Shown: positions 36,518 to 47,108 of the stretch, one piece after another
How the letters are laid out: every line of letters starts with the position of its first letter
How positions within the stretch are numbered: position 1 is the stretch's first letter
From: Planctomycetota bacterium
GTDB taxonomy: Bacteria; Planctomycetota; B15-G4
NCBI GenBank assembly: GCA_038212275.1
Contig: JBBQUR010000002.1
Location: 32,001 to 96,000, forward strand
DNA: 64,000 nt
Direction of reading: 5' to 3'
Program-made: the position numbers and the translations under genes
The notes under the pieces: generated by a model
The model's input: the letters and a program-made list of their open reading frames with translations, nothing else
Databases searched by the model: none
Told to the model about the DNA's origin: nothing

Positions 36518-38320
36518 ATGAGCGACAACGAGCCTGAAGATGGTGTCGAGATGGTGCCGGGCGTGAAGCCCGAGGGCATCAACGAATTCACGCTGCGCAG
36601 CGTGCTGGTCGGGCTGCTCGTCGCGGTGGTGATCGGCGCCTCGTATCCCTACGTCGTGATGAAGCTCGGCTTCGGGCCGAACATCTCCGTCGTGGCGGCG
36701 TTCTTCGGTTTCCTCGCGCTCGGGCTCGTCTGCAAGACCTTCAACCGCTGGGAGAACAACATCGTCGAGTCCGCGGGCACCGCCGCGGGGCAGACGGCCT
36801 TCCTCTGCACGCTGCTCGTGGCCTTCGACCTGCTCGACCTCGACAAGTCGCTCGGCATCGACGTCCACCTCGGCACGATGCAGATTTTCCTGTGGTTGAG
36901 CATCGCCGGCACGATGGGCGTGCTGCTCGCCGTGCCGATGCGCCAGCACTTCGTGGTGGACGAGAAGCTGCCCTACGCCGACGGCATCGCCGCCGCGCAG
37001 ACGCTCATCATCCTCGACAGCAAGGGGCCGCAGGCCAAGCTCTCCGCCTTCGCGATGGTCGGCGCGGCCGTCGTGGCGGGCGGGCACTTCCTTCTCAAGA
37101 CTTATCACTTCGCGCTCGAGGCGCTCTCGCCCGCCGGCCTGCTCAGCGCCGGGGCCACCGGCGCCGGCACCGTCGCGAACGCGGCCAGGGTCGGCGTCGG
37201 CATGTCGCTGGGCCTGCTGTCCTTCGGCTCCGGCATGATCATCGGCGTGCGCATCTGCCTGAGCATGCTGCTCGGTGGCACCCTGGCCTGGGTCGTGGCG
37301 ACCAACTGGCTCGTCGGCACGGGCGGCCCCGGCGGCGCGCCCTATCTCGTCGGCGACTGGTCCAAGAGGGAGGTGCTGCTCTGGGTCATGTGGCCCGCGA
37401 CCGGCATGCTCACCGCGGGCGGACTCACCTCGCTCGTGCTCAAGTGGAAGATCCTGAAGAAGAGCTTCCGTTCGCTGACCGGTGCGGGCCAGCAGGAGAG
37501 CACCGACTTTCCCATCCGCTGGGTCGGCATCGGACTCGCCGTGCTCACCGTGGCGCTCGTGGTCTTCCAGAAGGTCAGCCTCGGGCAACCGTGGTGGGTC
37601 ACGCTGCTCGCGCTGCTCTTCAGCCTGCCGCTCGTGCTCGTGGGCCTGCGTGTGCTGGGCGAGACGAACTGGGGCCCGATCAGCGCGCTCTCCAATCTCA
37701 TGCAGGGTGTCTTCGGGATGATCCAGCCGGGGAACATCGCGGCCAACATGACGGCCGCCGGCGTGACAGGATCGGTCGCCTCGGAGTCCGAGGGCCTCAT
37801 GCAGGACTACAAGGTCGGCCACATCCTCGGCACGACCCCGCGCTACCTCACCTACATGCAGCTCATGGCGGTGCCCGTTGGCGCGGCCACCGTCGCGCTG
37901 GTCTATCCGCTGCTGCGTCCGCAGGTGCTCGAGGGCACGCTCACCAGCCCCATCTCGCAGAAGTGGGTCGGCTTCGCCAAGATCCTGTCCAAGGGCGTCG
38001 ACGCGGTGCCAGCGAGCGCGCTCTACGCGCTGGTCGTCGCCACGTTGCTCGGCATCGTGTTGACGATCCTCGAACAGAAGCCGGCAAACAGGAAATGGTG
38101 CCCGTCACCGACCGGAGTCGGCATCGGCATGCTCGTCCCCTTCGGCGAAGTCGCCGTGATGTGCGTCGGTTCCTTCGTCGGCGCAAGCTGGCTGAAGCGG
38201 AGCCCGGAAACCGCCAGGCACTACCTGATCCCGGTCGCGTCAGGCTTCATCGCCGGCGAGGCGCTGCTCGGCATCGTGGTCCCGGCGCTCGTTGCGGTCG
38301 GCTGGATCGCCGCGCCGTAG
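36518..38320 (+). CDS. OPT-family oligopeptide transporter
   Basis: EFTLRSVL, MKLGFGPNIS, ENNIVES, MQDYKVG, ASGFIAGE; multiple TM helices; GGAG RBS. Confidence 0.92.
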   Translation: MSDNEPEDGVEMVPGVKPEGINEFTLRSVLVGLLVAVVIGASYPYVVMKLGFGPNISVVAAFFGFLALGLVCKTFNRWENNIVESAGTAAGQTAFLCTLLVAFDLLDLDKSLGIDVHLGTMQIFLWLSIAGTMGVLLAVPMRQHFVVDEKLPYADGIAAAQTLIILDSKGPQAKLSAFAMVGAAVVAGGHFLLKTYHFALEALSPAGLLSAGATGAGTVANAARVGVGMSLGLLSFGSGMIIGVRICLSMLLGGTLAWVVATNWLVGTGGPGGAPYLVGDWSKREVLLWVMWPATGMLTAGGLTSLVLKWKILKKSFRSLTGAGQQESTDFPIRWVGIGLAVLTVALVVFQKVSLGQPWWVTLLALLFSLPLVLVGLRVLGETNWGPISALSNLMQGVFGMIQPGNIAANMTAAGVTGSVASESEGLMQDYKVGHILGTTPRYLTYMQLMAVPVGAATVALVYPLLRPQVLEGTLTSPISQKWVGFAKILSKGVDAVPASALYALVVATLLGIVLTILEQKPANRKWCPSPTGVGIGMLVPFGEVAVMCVGSFVGASWLKRSPETARHYLIPVASGFIAGEALLGIVVPALVAVGWIAAP

Positions 38321-38606
38321 CGCGGCGTGGCGGGGGCGTCCGGAGAACCGGAACCCTGCCACCCACGACGGGATCTGGACGACCTGCGCGCCCCGCTACA
38401 CTGCGCGCGATGAGCCGCCCCTCCCACGAGACGGCCCGTCCGTCCGCTCACGTCCCGCCGACACAGGGTCCGCGCATGCACCTTCAAGCACCCGGAACGC
38501 TCAGCCGCGCGCAGCCGCGCGCCGCGTCCACCGTCCCCACCGTCTCCGCCGTCTCATCCGTCTCCGCCGTCTCCTCCGCATCCTCCGCTTCAGGCCGATC
38601 CGCCTC

Positions 38607-40229
38607 GTGTTGAAACGCCTGCTGCTCTCGGTGGTTGTGACGCTCTGCATGCTGCTCCTCGTGGAGGGCGCGCTCTCTCTGGCGACCGGCGGCAGCCTGC
38701 GCTCGCGAGCCCGCGGCGCGATGCCGACCACGATGACGACCACGATGCCGACGACGATGCCGGGCGGCGGCGACGCGACCGCGGCGGATGCCGCGACGAT
38801 GCTGCGGCAGCCGGCTACCGACGCCGAGCGCCACGACGCCGGCTCCTCGAGCAAGGGCGTCTACCAGATGCACGAGGATGCCCGCGTGCGCTACGTGCTC
38901 AAGAGCGACGCCGAGCTGCCCTTCGTGAGCAGCCGCACGCACACCGATCACCTCGGCATGCGCGTGCGGCCCGGGCCGCCGCCGGCCGCCGACGCGCTGC
39001 GCATCGCGGTCGTCGGCGACTCGGTCGCCTTCAGCTACGGAGTGGACGACGACCAGACGATCGCGGCGCACCTCGAGCGCCTGCTGACCGACGTGCGTGG
39101 CCCGCTGGCGCGCCCGGTGGCCTGCTACACGGTGGCCATCCCGAGCTGGAACCACCGCAACGCGCTGGCCTTCCTCACCGATCACTGGGACCAGGTGCAC
39201 GCCGACATCGTGCTGTACCTGCCGATCCCCAACGACCTCGGCGACACCGGCGCGCTGTACGAGTCGGGCAAACTGCGCGTGGAGCCCGACCCCTTCCAGT
39301 CCGACCCGCTGCTCGTCGTGAGCCGCAGCCTGCTCGCGGCCATCGAGGGCAACATCGACGCGAAGACTGCGGGCCACGCGCTCGACATCAGCTTTCTCGG
39401 CCCGTACGCCCTGGAGTCGGACTTCAGCCCGGAGAGCACGCGCCGCTACGACGACAACGCCCTCTCGATCGCGCTCATGGAGGACATGCTGGCCGCGCGC
39501 GGCGCGCGCCTGCTCGTCGTGCACACCGACCAGTCTCAGTACACCTGGCATCTGGACACGCGGCTGCAGCGGCTCGCGCCCGAGCTGCCATTCCTCTATC
39601 TCGAGCGCTTCCTGCCGCCGGAGTTCACGCTGGGCGTGGACCCTCACGCGAATGCCGCAACCTGCAATGCCCGCGCCAACTGGATCGCCGCCGACCTGCT
39701 CGCCCGCGGCTGGGTGGACCGCGGCGCCGATCTGCCGCTGCCGGAGGTCCCCGAGCCGCACACGCGGCTGCTCAGCCCGCAGCACACGCCCGAAGAGGTG
39801 CGCGGCTATTCGGCCGAGTCACGCGACCGGATGCGCGAGACCGTGCTCGACGAGATCGACTTCATCACGGGCAAGGGCCTGCGCCAGGTCATCGGCGGCT
39901 TGAACATCGACCGTACGCTGCGCATGCACGGACTCTTCCTGCTGAAGGCGAACGGCCCGAACGTGCTGATGGAGCTCGGTCCGCTGCCGGGCCGGCCGGA
40001 CCTGTATCCACTGGAGGTCGGCGTGGAGCTGGGCGGCGTGCCCGCAGGGACGATCACCGTCGGCGCGCCGGAGAGCACGGTGGTCAGTGTGCCCCTGCCC
40101 CCGTCGGTGACTCCGGGCACGATCTTTGAGGTCAAGCTGTTGCCCGTGACATGGTGCGTGGACGCGGCAAACGACCGCTCGCAGATCATCTCGCTGCGTC
40201 CGCTGCGCATCGCCTGTCCCGCTCCCTGA
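38607..40229 (+). CDS. Membrane-anchored SGNH/GDSL hydrolase-family protein
   Basis: N-terminal TM helix; block I VVGDSVAFSYGV; PNDL; block V DPHANA. Start uncertain (GTG 38607 or TTG 38610). Confidence 0.78.
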   Translation: MLKRLLLSVVVTLCMLLLVEGALSLATGGSLRSRARGAMPTTMTTTMPTTMPGGGDATAADAATMLRQPATDAERHDAGSSSKGVYQMHEDARVRYVLKSDAELPFVSSRTHTDHLGMRVRPGPPPAADALRIAVVGDSVAFSYGVDDDQTIAAHLERLLTDVRGPLARPVACYTVAIPSWNHRNALAFLTDHWDQVHADIVLYLPIPNDLGDTGALYESGKLRVEPDPFQSDPLLVVSRSLLAAIEGNIDAKTAGHALDISFLGPYALESDFSPESTRRYDDNALSIALMEDMLAARGARLLVVHTDQSQYTWHLDTRLQRLAPELPFLYLERFLPPEFTLGVDPHANAATCNARANWIAADLLARGWVDRGADLPLPEVPEPHTRLLSPQHTPEEVRGYSAESRDRMRETVLDEIDFITGKGLRQVIGGLNIDRTLRMHGLFLLKANGPNVLMELGPLPGRPDLYPLEVGVELGGVPAGTITVGAPESTVVSVPLPPSVTPGTIFEVKLLPVTWCVDAANDRSQIISLRPLRIACPAP

Positions 40230-40248
40230 AGCGTGATGCCCGGCGGCG

Positions 40249-42099
40249 CTACAGCGTTCCCGTCGCCGCAAGCGTTCCGGCCGAGCGCGTGTCGACGCGC
40301 ACGCGAAAGGCGCCGCTGCCGCGCACGATCCAGCGCAGGCGCACGCTGCCGTGGCCGGGGATGCCGCCGTCGAGGCGCAGGCGCGCGGGCTCGTGCTCCA
40401 CGGCGTCGAAGCGCGTGAGGTCGAAGAGGTCCGCGCCGGTGCCGCCGGCAATGACCTCGAGCGATTCGCCTTCCAGCGTCACGAGGTCCGGGCGGCCGAT
40501 GCCCTTGTCCGCGGCGAGCGCGGTGCGCGTGGGGATCCAGCGATCGTTGGAGATCTCCACCGTGATCACCTGCGTGCCGTCGGGACCGGGCGTGACCTCG
40601 GGTGCCGCGATGGAGAGACGCGGCAGCTGCGAGGCGTGATAGATGCAGAAGGCCGCGTTGCGATGCAGCATCTCCTCGATCATGAAAGCGGGCGGCACGC
40701 GGCGCGTCATCTTGCGGAAGCCGCCGACCTCGACCTCGCCGTAGAGCGGGTGCTGCACCGGGTGCCAGTCCACGAAGGTCTCGCCGAACATGAGCCGGTC
40801 GTCGAACTCCAGCTGCTTCAGCGTGTCGGCGTTGCGGCCGGCACGGCCTCCGCGGCCGCCGCCTGCGCCGCCGCCGCCGTCGGCCGCGCCGGTGCCGTCC
40901 GCGAAATACTGCCGGTCCTCCCACATCTCGTTCGTGAACGAGATGATGCCCAGCCCTTCGGCGGTCCAGTTCACGAAGCCGCCGTGCACGTCGTAGAGAT
41001 CCTTGTAGATCACCAGCGCGCGGTAGAACGGGATGATCTGCACGCCCTCGTCGGCGATCGCGTCGTACACGCGGCGGTCCGCATCCGGATAGAAGCCCTC
41101 GCGCGCGCGACTGCCGGGTCCGCGCAGGATCATGCCGCCGGAATTGTGGAAGGACTGCACGGCCGCGATGTTCGGGTGCGCGAGGATGAAGGCTCCGATG
41201 GCCGCGCTCTCCGGATGGCTGAAGGGATAGTCGCCCGCGCCGAACTGGATGTAGTCGGGCTGCCAGTCGGAAGGCCAGTTGCGGTTGAGGTCGTAGCCGC
41301 CGATGCCGTCCTCGTTCACGCGGCCGTCGCCGTCGTTGTCGAGGCCCTCCTGGCCGAGCATCAGGTAGTCCGCGCCATACTCCACGCGCTTGTCGGCGGG
41401 CACGAACTCCAGCACGCGCGCGTCGTCGGGCGAGATGCGGTAGCTGCCCGTGCCGGGCGCCACGCGCTTGCGCATCATGAGGATCTCGCCGTCGCCATCG
41501 AGGTCGTCGGGGCCGTCCTCGTCGGCCACGCCGTCGCGGTCGTTGTCCAGCGGCGCGACGCCGCTACGCGAGCTGCTCGACGTGTTCGGGTCGTCGAACC
41601 AGTGCTGCCGGCCGTCCGGATTCACAGTCGGAAGGATGTAGAAGACGTTGCGGTCCAGCAGCTCCGTGAGCTCCGGCAGCTCGCCGTGGCGCTCGAGCAG
41701 CAACCACGCGAGGTAGAGCGCGGCCTCACTGCCCTGCACTTCGTTGCCGTGCACGTTGCCGTCCACCCACATTGCGGGCTTGCCTTCGGCCGGCCCGGTC
41801 TGCGGATTGGACAGCGTGAGCAGCGGCATGCGCCGTCCCTCGTGGCTGGCGCCGATGGAGGACAGCGTGCACAGCTCGGGGCGACTCGCCGCAAGACGCT
41901 CGCAAAGCTCGACGAGGCCGTCGTAGTCGTAGAAGCGGTCCCACGCGATGGCGACGCGCGGCGTGCGCACCGACTGCGCGGAGACGCTGCCTGCGAGCGG
42001 CGCGGCCACGAGCAGCGCGAGCAGCGCGCAGGCCGGCGCGAGCCGCCCCGATGCGGATGCCAGCGTGTCGGCCCATCGGTGGAGCGGGCGTGTCGTCAT
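40249..42099 (-). CDS. Secreted M14 zinc carboxypeptidase (Zn ligands intact)
   Basis: DGNVHGNE, NPDG, DLNRNW, SFHNSG, FTNEMW; DxDxDG Ca-binding-like insert. Confidence 0.92.
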   Translation of the reverse strand: MTTRPLHRWADTLASASGRLAPACALLALLVAAPLAGSVSAQSVRTPRVAIAWDRFYDYDGLVELCERLAASRPELCTLSSIGASHEGRRMPLLTLSNPQTGPAEGKPAMWVDGNVHGNEVQGSEAALYLAWLLLERHGELPELTELLDRNVFYILPTVNPDGRQHWFDDPNTSSSSRSGVAPLDNDRDGVADEDGPDDLDGDGEILMMRKRVAPGTGSYRISPDDARVLEFVPADKRVEYGADYLMLGQEGLDNDGDGRVNEDGIGGYDLNRNWPSDWQPDYIQFGAGDYPFSHPESAAIGAFILAHPNIAAVQSFHNSGGMILRGPGSRAREGFYPDADRRVYDAIADEGVQIIPFYRALVIYKDLYDVHGGFVNWTAEGLGIISFTNEMWEDRQYFADGTGAADGGGGAGGGRGGRAGRNADTLKQLEFDDRLMFGETFVDWHPVQHPLYGEVEVGGFRKMTRRVPPAFMIEEMLHRNAAFCIYHASQLPRLSIAAPEVTPGPDGTQVITVEISNDRWIPTRTALAADKGIGRPDLVTLEGESLEVIAGGTGADLFDLTRFDAVEHEPARLRLDGGIPGHGSVRLRWIVRGSGAFRVRVDTRSAGTLAATGTL

Positions 42100-44099
42100 G
42101 GCAGCGTGAACTCCACGTTCGTGGCGGGGACGGAGGCGCTCTCCAGGCTCAGGGTGACGCGCTGGCCGGGTGCGCCGGCGAGCACCCAGCGCAGCGTTTC
42201 GCGCCCGCCGCCGCCGTCGAGCCGGTCGATGAAGACGTGGCTCTCGCCGTGCAGGCGCGTGGCGCCGTCGGGCAGCCCCAGCGTCACGTGCAGCGGTCGC
42301 GAAAGCCGCGCAAGCGCCGCGAGCCGCGACAGCGTCGGCAGCACGCCGCGGTTGACGACGGAGACCTCCACGTTGGCCACGCCGCCCGAACCCGTCACCT
42401 TCAGGTCCTCGAAGGCGACGCGCGGCAGGCAGTCGAGCAGCGTCAGCGCGTAGGGCGCGAGCAACGCGGAGAGCGCGTCCACGTCGGCGCTGCTTGCGGC
42501 GAAGAGCGTGCCCGGCGCGAGGCCGCCCAGCTGCACCGGCCCGAGCGCGTCGTGCTGGAAGGCATGCCACGGGACAAAGCCGGCGCCGTCACGCTCGGCA
42601 TCGAGCCACGCCAGGACGGCCGCCGGCGCGGGACTGTCCGCGTCGCTCGTCGGCTTGTCGTCGTCCTTCGACTTGTCGTCATCCTTTGACTTCTCGTCGT
42701 CCTTCGGCTTGTCGTCAGCCTTTGACTTCTCGTCGTCCTTCGGCTTGTCGTCAGCTTTCGATTTCTCGCCAGCATTCGGCGGCTCGTCAGCCTGAGGTTT
42801 CACATCGTCCTTCGGTTTCTCGTCGGCCTTCGGCATGTCTTCAGCATTCGCCTTGCCTTCAGACTTCGGCTTGTCGGCCTTGGGAAGTTCCGTCGGCGGG
42901 CTCCAGGTCTTCAGCGCGAGCGGCCAGCGGCCGGCCTGGTGATAGGCCCATGCGAGGAAGCTGCCGCCGGTCAGGCCGTCGCCCTTCACCGCGTGCTCGT
43001 GCTCCTGCGACTTGCCCAGCGCGACGAGGCGCCGCTGCAGCTCCTTGAGGCTGGCGACATCGTCAGCGTGCACGCCGTCGAGGGCCGCGCTGAAGTTGCC
43101 GTCGGCGGGCGCGTTGCCGGCGGCCTTGGGCAGCGCGACGAGCGTGTCCTGCGCGCCCAGCACGAAGACGGCCTGCAGTCGCGGATGATTCAGCACGAAG
43201 TCCGCGAGCGCGCGCGACTCCGGCTCGCTCAGCGGATAGCGGCCGGCGTCCGGCGCGAACTCGCGCCATCCCTGCGGGAAATTGCCGTCGGGCTGCACGC
43301 CTTCGGTGCCGTCCTCGTTCTCGTCGCCGTCGCCGTCGTCGTCGCGGCCCTCGAGCAGCAGGCGGTGCGTGCCGCGCTCGCCGCGCTCGGTGCGCGCCTT
43401 GCGCAGCGCGCGCGGGTCGTGCTCGTCGAAGACCCACGGGCCCTTGCCGTCCGGCACGGCCATCCACGTGATGAGGCCGTCACCGTCGAGGTCCTCGGGG
43501 CCGTCCTCGTCCTGCCGGCCGTCGCGGTCGCGATCATCGGGCCGCCCGTTGCCGGCCTGCTCGCGCCGCACGACGGCATCGCCTCCCGCTGCGGCGCCGT
43601 ACGTCAGCAGCTCCGCGCCGTCGGGATTTGCTCTCGGTACGATGACCACGGCGGCGTCGCCGAGCCGCTCGTGCAGGTCGCCGGTCGCGTCCGCGAGCAG
43701 CGCTTCCGCCACGCCGAGCAGCACGTTGGCGTCCGTCGCGCGCCGGCCGTCGAGACCGCCGACGAACAGCAGCCCCTGGCGGTCGCGCAGCGGCGCGTCG
43801 CCCGCCCCGATGACGAGCGCGAGCACCGGCCGACCGCCGAGCGTGATGCCCAGCGTGTCCACGCGTGCGAGCTCCGCGTGTGCATCGGCCAGCGCGGCCA
43901 GCCTTGCGCCCACGGCGTCCGCGTCGAGCCATGCCGCAGGCACTGAAGTTTTTTCCGGAGCGGCCGGCGCAGGCGCGGACACCGCGGCGATCGCTTCCGC
44001 CGGAGGCGCATCGGCAGGCGCCGTGCCGGCATCCTGAGCCGGGATTTCCGCGCACATCAGGGACAAGGCGGCGCAAACCGCCAGCACTCTGCTGCTCAC
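42096..44099 (-). CDS. Secreted M14-fold paralog lacking the Zn ligands
   Basis: GGLDGRR replaces HxxE and VLGAQD replaces the second His; NPDG and the DxDGDG insert are kept; KxDDKP low-complexity insert; ATGA coupling. Confidence 0.85.
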   Translation of the reverse strand: MSSRVLAVCAALSLMCAEIPAQDAGTAPADAPPAEAIAAVSAPAPAAPEKTSVPAAWLDADAVGARLAALADAHAELARVDTLGITLGGRPVLALVIGAGDAPLRDRQGLLFVGGLDGRRATDANVLLGVAEALLADATGDLHERLGDAAVVIVPRANPDGAELLTYGAAAGGDAVVRREQAGNGRPDDRDRDGRQDEDGPEDLDGDGLITWMAVPDGKGPWVFDEHDPRALRKARTERGERGTHRLLLEGRDDDGDGDENEDGTEGVQPDGNFPQGWREFAPDAGRYPLSEPESRALADFVLNHPRLQAVFVLGAQDTLVALPKAAGNAPADGNFSAALDGVHADDVASLKELQRRLVALGKSQEHEHAVKGDGLTGGSFLAWAYHQAGRWPLALKTWSPPTELPKADKPKSEGKANAEDMPKADEKPKDDVKPQADEPPNAGEKSKADDKPKDDEKSKADDKPKDDEKSKDDDKSKDDDKPTSDADSPAPAAVLAWLDAERDGAGFVPWHAFQHDALGPVQLGGLAPGTLFAASSADVDALSALLAPYALTLLDCLPRVAFEDLKVTGSGGVANVEVSVVNRGVLPTLSRLAALARLSRPLHVTLGLPDGATRLHGESHVFIDRLDGGGGRETLRWVLAGAPGQRVTLSLESASVPATNVEFTLP

Positions 44100-44206
44100 G
44101 AGCGGTGATCTCCCGGGATTGCAGTGCGGCCAACGACCACTGGATGCCGATGGATGGGCGCGGCATCCTACTGCCCCCTCACGCCCGGCCGCCATCGCAG
44201 ATCGAC

Positions 44207-46369
44207 ATGAACACCCACATCCCCACGCTTCCCCCGGATCACCAGGACGTCCCCGAGCCGCTCGGCCGGCTCCTCGACCTGGCCTACAACCTCTGGTGGA
44301 CCTGGCACCGCGAGGTGCGCGCGCTGTTCGAGCGCATCGACCCCAATCTCTGGTCGCGCTACCGCAGCCCGGTGCGCGTGCTGCTGCTGGCGCGACGCGC
44401 GCGCCTCGCGGAACTCGCCACCGATGAGTCGTTCCTCGCAGAGCTGCGCTCCGTGCTCGCGCTGTTCGATGCCGACACGGCCGGCCCCGCCGATCGCAGC
44501 CAGCCGGTGGCGTACGTCTCGGCCGAGTACGCGCTGCACGAATCGCTGCCCATCTACTCCGGCGGCCTCGGCGTGCTCTCCGGCGACCATCTCAAGGAAG
44601 CGGCGGACATGGGCCTGCCCTTCCTCGGCGTGGGCCTGTTCTACCGCCGCGGCTACTTCCACCAGAACGTGGACGCGGACGGCTGGCAGCAGCACAACTA
44701 CCCGGACCTCGACGCGATGCGCCTGCCGATGCTGCGCGTGCGCGGCCCGGACGGCGACACGCTGCGCGTCAACATCGAGCTGGGCGATCGCAACATCTCG
44801 CTGCGCGCCTGGTGCGCCTTCGTCGGGCACGTGCCGCTGCTCCTGCTCGACAGCTTCACAACGCACAACCCGCCCGAAGACCGCTTCATCACCAGCCAGC
44901 TCTACGTGCGCGGCCGCGACATGCGTCTCGAGCAGGAGCTGGTGCTGGGTCGCGGCGCCGTCGCGGTGCTCTCGGCGCTGGGCATCCGCCCGCGCGTCTG
45001 GCACATGAACGAGGGGCACTCGGCCTTCCTCGCGCTGGAGAACGTGCGCCTGCGTCACGGCCTCGCACGGCTGGACACGCAGACCCCGCAGGCTCGCGAT
45101 GCGGGCAATCACACCGGTCGCGGCATCGTCAGTCTCGACGACGCCATCGCCGAGTGCCGGCCGCTGCACGTCTTCACCACGCACACGCCCGTGCCCGCCG
45201 GCAACGAGGTCTTCTCACGCGACAAGGTGCGCCCGTATCTGCAGGCCACCGCGCGCGACCTCGGCGTGGACACCGAGGCGCTGCTCGCGCTGGGCGAGGC
45301 CTCCGGCGCCGGCTTCGAGCCCGGCTTCAACCTCACGGCCCTTGCGCTGCGGCTTTCCTGCAAGGCGAATGGCGTCAGCCAGCTCCACGGCCGCGTGAGC
45401 CAGGACATGTGGCAAGGCTACAGGGTCGGCGCGATCACCAACGGCGTGCACGTGCCGACCTGGCTCGGCCGCGAGATGGCGCGCGTGCTGCACGCCGCCC
45501 ACCACGACGATCCCTTCGAGCTGGCGCGCCGCGCCGGCGAGCTGAGCGACGGCGTGCTCTGGGCCGCGCACGTCGCGCAGAAGCATCGGCTCATGCGCTT
45601 CGTGCGCGTGCGCGCGCTGCGCCAGGCGGCGCGGCACGGTCATCCGCCCGCGATGCTGCGCCACATCGAGAACCTGCTGAATCCGTCGGCGCTGACGCTC
45701 GGCTTCGCGCGCCGCTTCGCGCCCTACAAGCGCGCGGACCTGCTGTTCTCGGACCCCGGTCGCCTCGAGCGCCTGCTCTGCAGCACGGATCGCCCCGTGC
45801 AGCTCATCATGGCCGGCAAGGCGCACCCGGCCGACCGCGCCGGCCAGGAGATCATCCGGCGCATCTTCGAGCTGACCGGCGGCGAGCGCATGCGCGGCCG
45901 CATCGTCTTCGTCGAGGACTACGACCTTGCCACGGCGCGCCTCATGGTGCGCGGCGTCGACGCGTGGCTCAACACGCCGACGTGGCCGCTCGAGGCCAGC
46001 GGCACGAGCGGCATGAAGGCCGCCGCCAACGGAGTGATCAACGTGTCGGTGCCTGACGGCTGGTGGGCCGAGGGCTACGCGCCAGGACTCGGCTACGCCA
46101 TCGGCGAACAGCGCGCGCCCGACGACGGCCGCGACGCGGACCTGCTTCTCAACATCATCGAGCAGCAGCTCGTGCCGCAGTTCTACGAGCGCGGACCCGA
46201 GGGACTGCCGCGCCGCTGGACCGCGATGATGCGCGCGTCGATGGTCGCGTTCCTCGGACGCTTCTCGACGCGACGCATGCTGCGCGACTACTGCCGCGAG
46301 ATGTACGAGCTGCCCGAGCACTCCGACGCGCTCGCAGCGCCGCGCAGCGTGCAACCCGCCGCGCGCTGA
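44207..46369 (+). CDS. glgP: Alpha-glucan phosphorylase
   Basis: YSGGLGVLSGD, HMNEGH, FTTHTP, FARRFAPYKR, PLP site EASGTSGMK. Confidence 0.96.
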   Translation: MNTHIPTLPPDHQDVPEPLGRLLDLAYNLWWTWHREVRALFERIDPNLWSRYRSPVRVLLLARRARLAELATDESFLAELRSVLALFDADTAGPADRSQPVAYVSAEYALHESLPIYSGGLGVLSGDHLKEAADMGLPFLGVGLFYRRGYFHQNVDADGWQQHNYPDLDAMRLPMLRVRGPDGDTLRVNIELGDRNISLRAWCAFVGHVPLLLLDSFTTHNPPEDRFITSQLYVRGRDMRLEQELVLGRGAVAVLSALGIRPRVWHMNEGHSAFLALENVRLRHGLARLDTQTPQARDAGNHTGRGIVSLDDAIAECRPLHVFTTHTPVPAGNEVFSRDKVRPYLQATARDLGVDTEALLALGEASGAGFEPGFNLTALALRLSCKANGVSQLHGRVSQDMWQGYRVGAITNGVHVPTWLGREMARVLHAAHHDDPFELARRAGELSDGVLWAAHVAQKHRLMRFVRVRALRQAARHGHPPAMLRHIENLLNPSALTLGFARRFAPYKRADLLFSDPGRLERLLCSTDRPVQLIMAGKAHPADRAGQEIIRRIFELTGGERMRGRIVFVEDYDLATARLMVRGVDAWLNTPTWPLEASGTSGMKAAANGVINVSVPDGWWAEGYAPGLGYAIGEQRAPDDGRDADLLLNIIEQQLVPQFYERGPEGLPRRWTAMMRASMVAFLGRFSTRRMLRDYCREMYELPEHSDALAAPRSVQPAAR

Positions 46370-46502
46370 GCGTCTCGCGCAGAGTGCCGCGCGCATGCAC
46401 ATCGCTGCATGCCACGTGTTGCGCCGTTAGTCGCGCGACTCGTCGTCGTCTTCACGCTGCCGGCTCCCCGAGACGGTGCGGATGGGAAGCGGAGAGGACG
46501 CA

Positions 46503-46919
46503 TTGCTCGATGCTCGTTTCCGCCGGATCTGGGACTCGGCGCGCTTGCCCGAGCCAGCCCGGTTCGACTGCGCGAACGACGCGCACGTCGAGGAGCTGGC
46601 CTGCCTGCTGCTCGAGCGATTCCGCAATCACGGTGACGCCGAGGCCTTCGCGCTCCTCTTCCAGTTGACCGGTCCGAGGCTCGAACGCATCGCACGACGC
46701 CTGCTCGACCGACACGCCCGGGCGCTGCAGGCCCCCGACGTCGTGGAGGCCTTCAAGCGCCAGATCTTCCTGCACGGTCCGGAGTCGCCGGTCCGGCTGA
46801 TCGGCAGCTTCCTGGCCCTGGCCCGCAGTCACATGGAGCATCGCCTGCGGATGCCGTCGCAACCCCCGAGACCACCCCGCCCCCCAGGACGCCCCCACGG
46901 AGATCGCCACCGGACCTGA
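46503..46919 (+). CDS. Short sigma2-only paralog of the downstream ECF-like sigma factors
   Basis: FDCANDAHVEELACLLLERFRNHGDAEAFALLFQLT aligns with both downstream paralogs; no sigma4 HTH; GAGAGG before TTG 46503 (alternative starts from 46476). Confidence 0.65.
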   Translation: MLDARFRRIWDSARLPEPARFDCANDAHVEELACLLLERFRNHGDAEAFALLFQLTGPRLERIARRLLDRHARALQAPDVVEAFKRQIFLHGPESPVRLIGSFLALARSHMEHRLRMPSQPPRPPRPPGRPHGDRHRT

Positions 46920-46992
46920 GACCTCCTCCCCGAGTCGCCGCCGCGCGTTGCGCCTTGTGTCGGCGCACGCAGACAACGGCTCGCCGCTGCAC

Positions 46993-47108
46993 TTATCCAC
47001 AATTCGACGGCGGCCGAACCTGCCCGAAAACCACATCCACTGGAGCCTTCGCGGGTCATATGCACCGCGGGGTTGGATAGTTCTCCATTCCGGGGTTACT
47101 TTTCCACA
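46993..47108 (+). promoter_or_regulatory. Two DnaA-box consensus matches
   Basis: TTATCCACA at 46993-47001 and TTTTCCACA at 47100-47108, both matching TTWTNCACA. Confidence 0.45.

Noticed and set aside
42650..42880. Separate DNA repeat element
   Set aside because: It is an in-frame KxDDKP low-complexity linker within the M14-fold protein.
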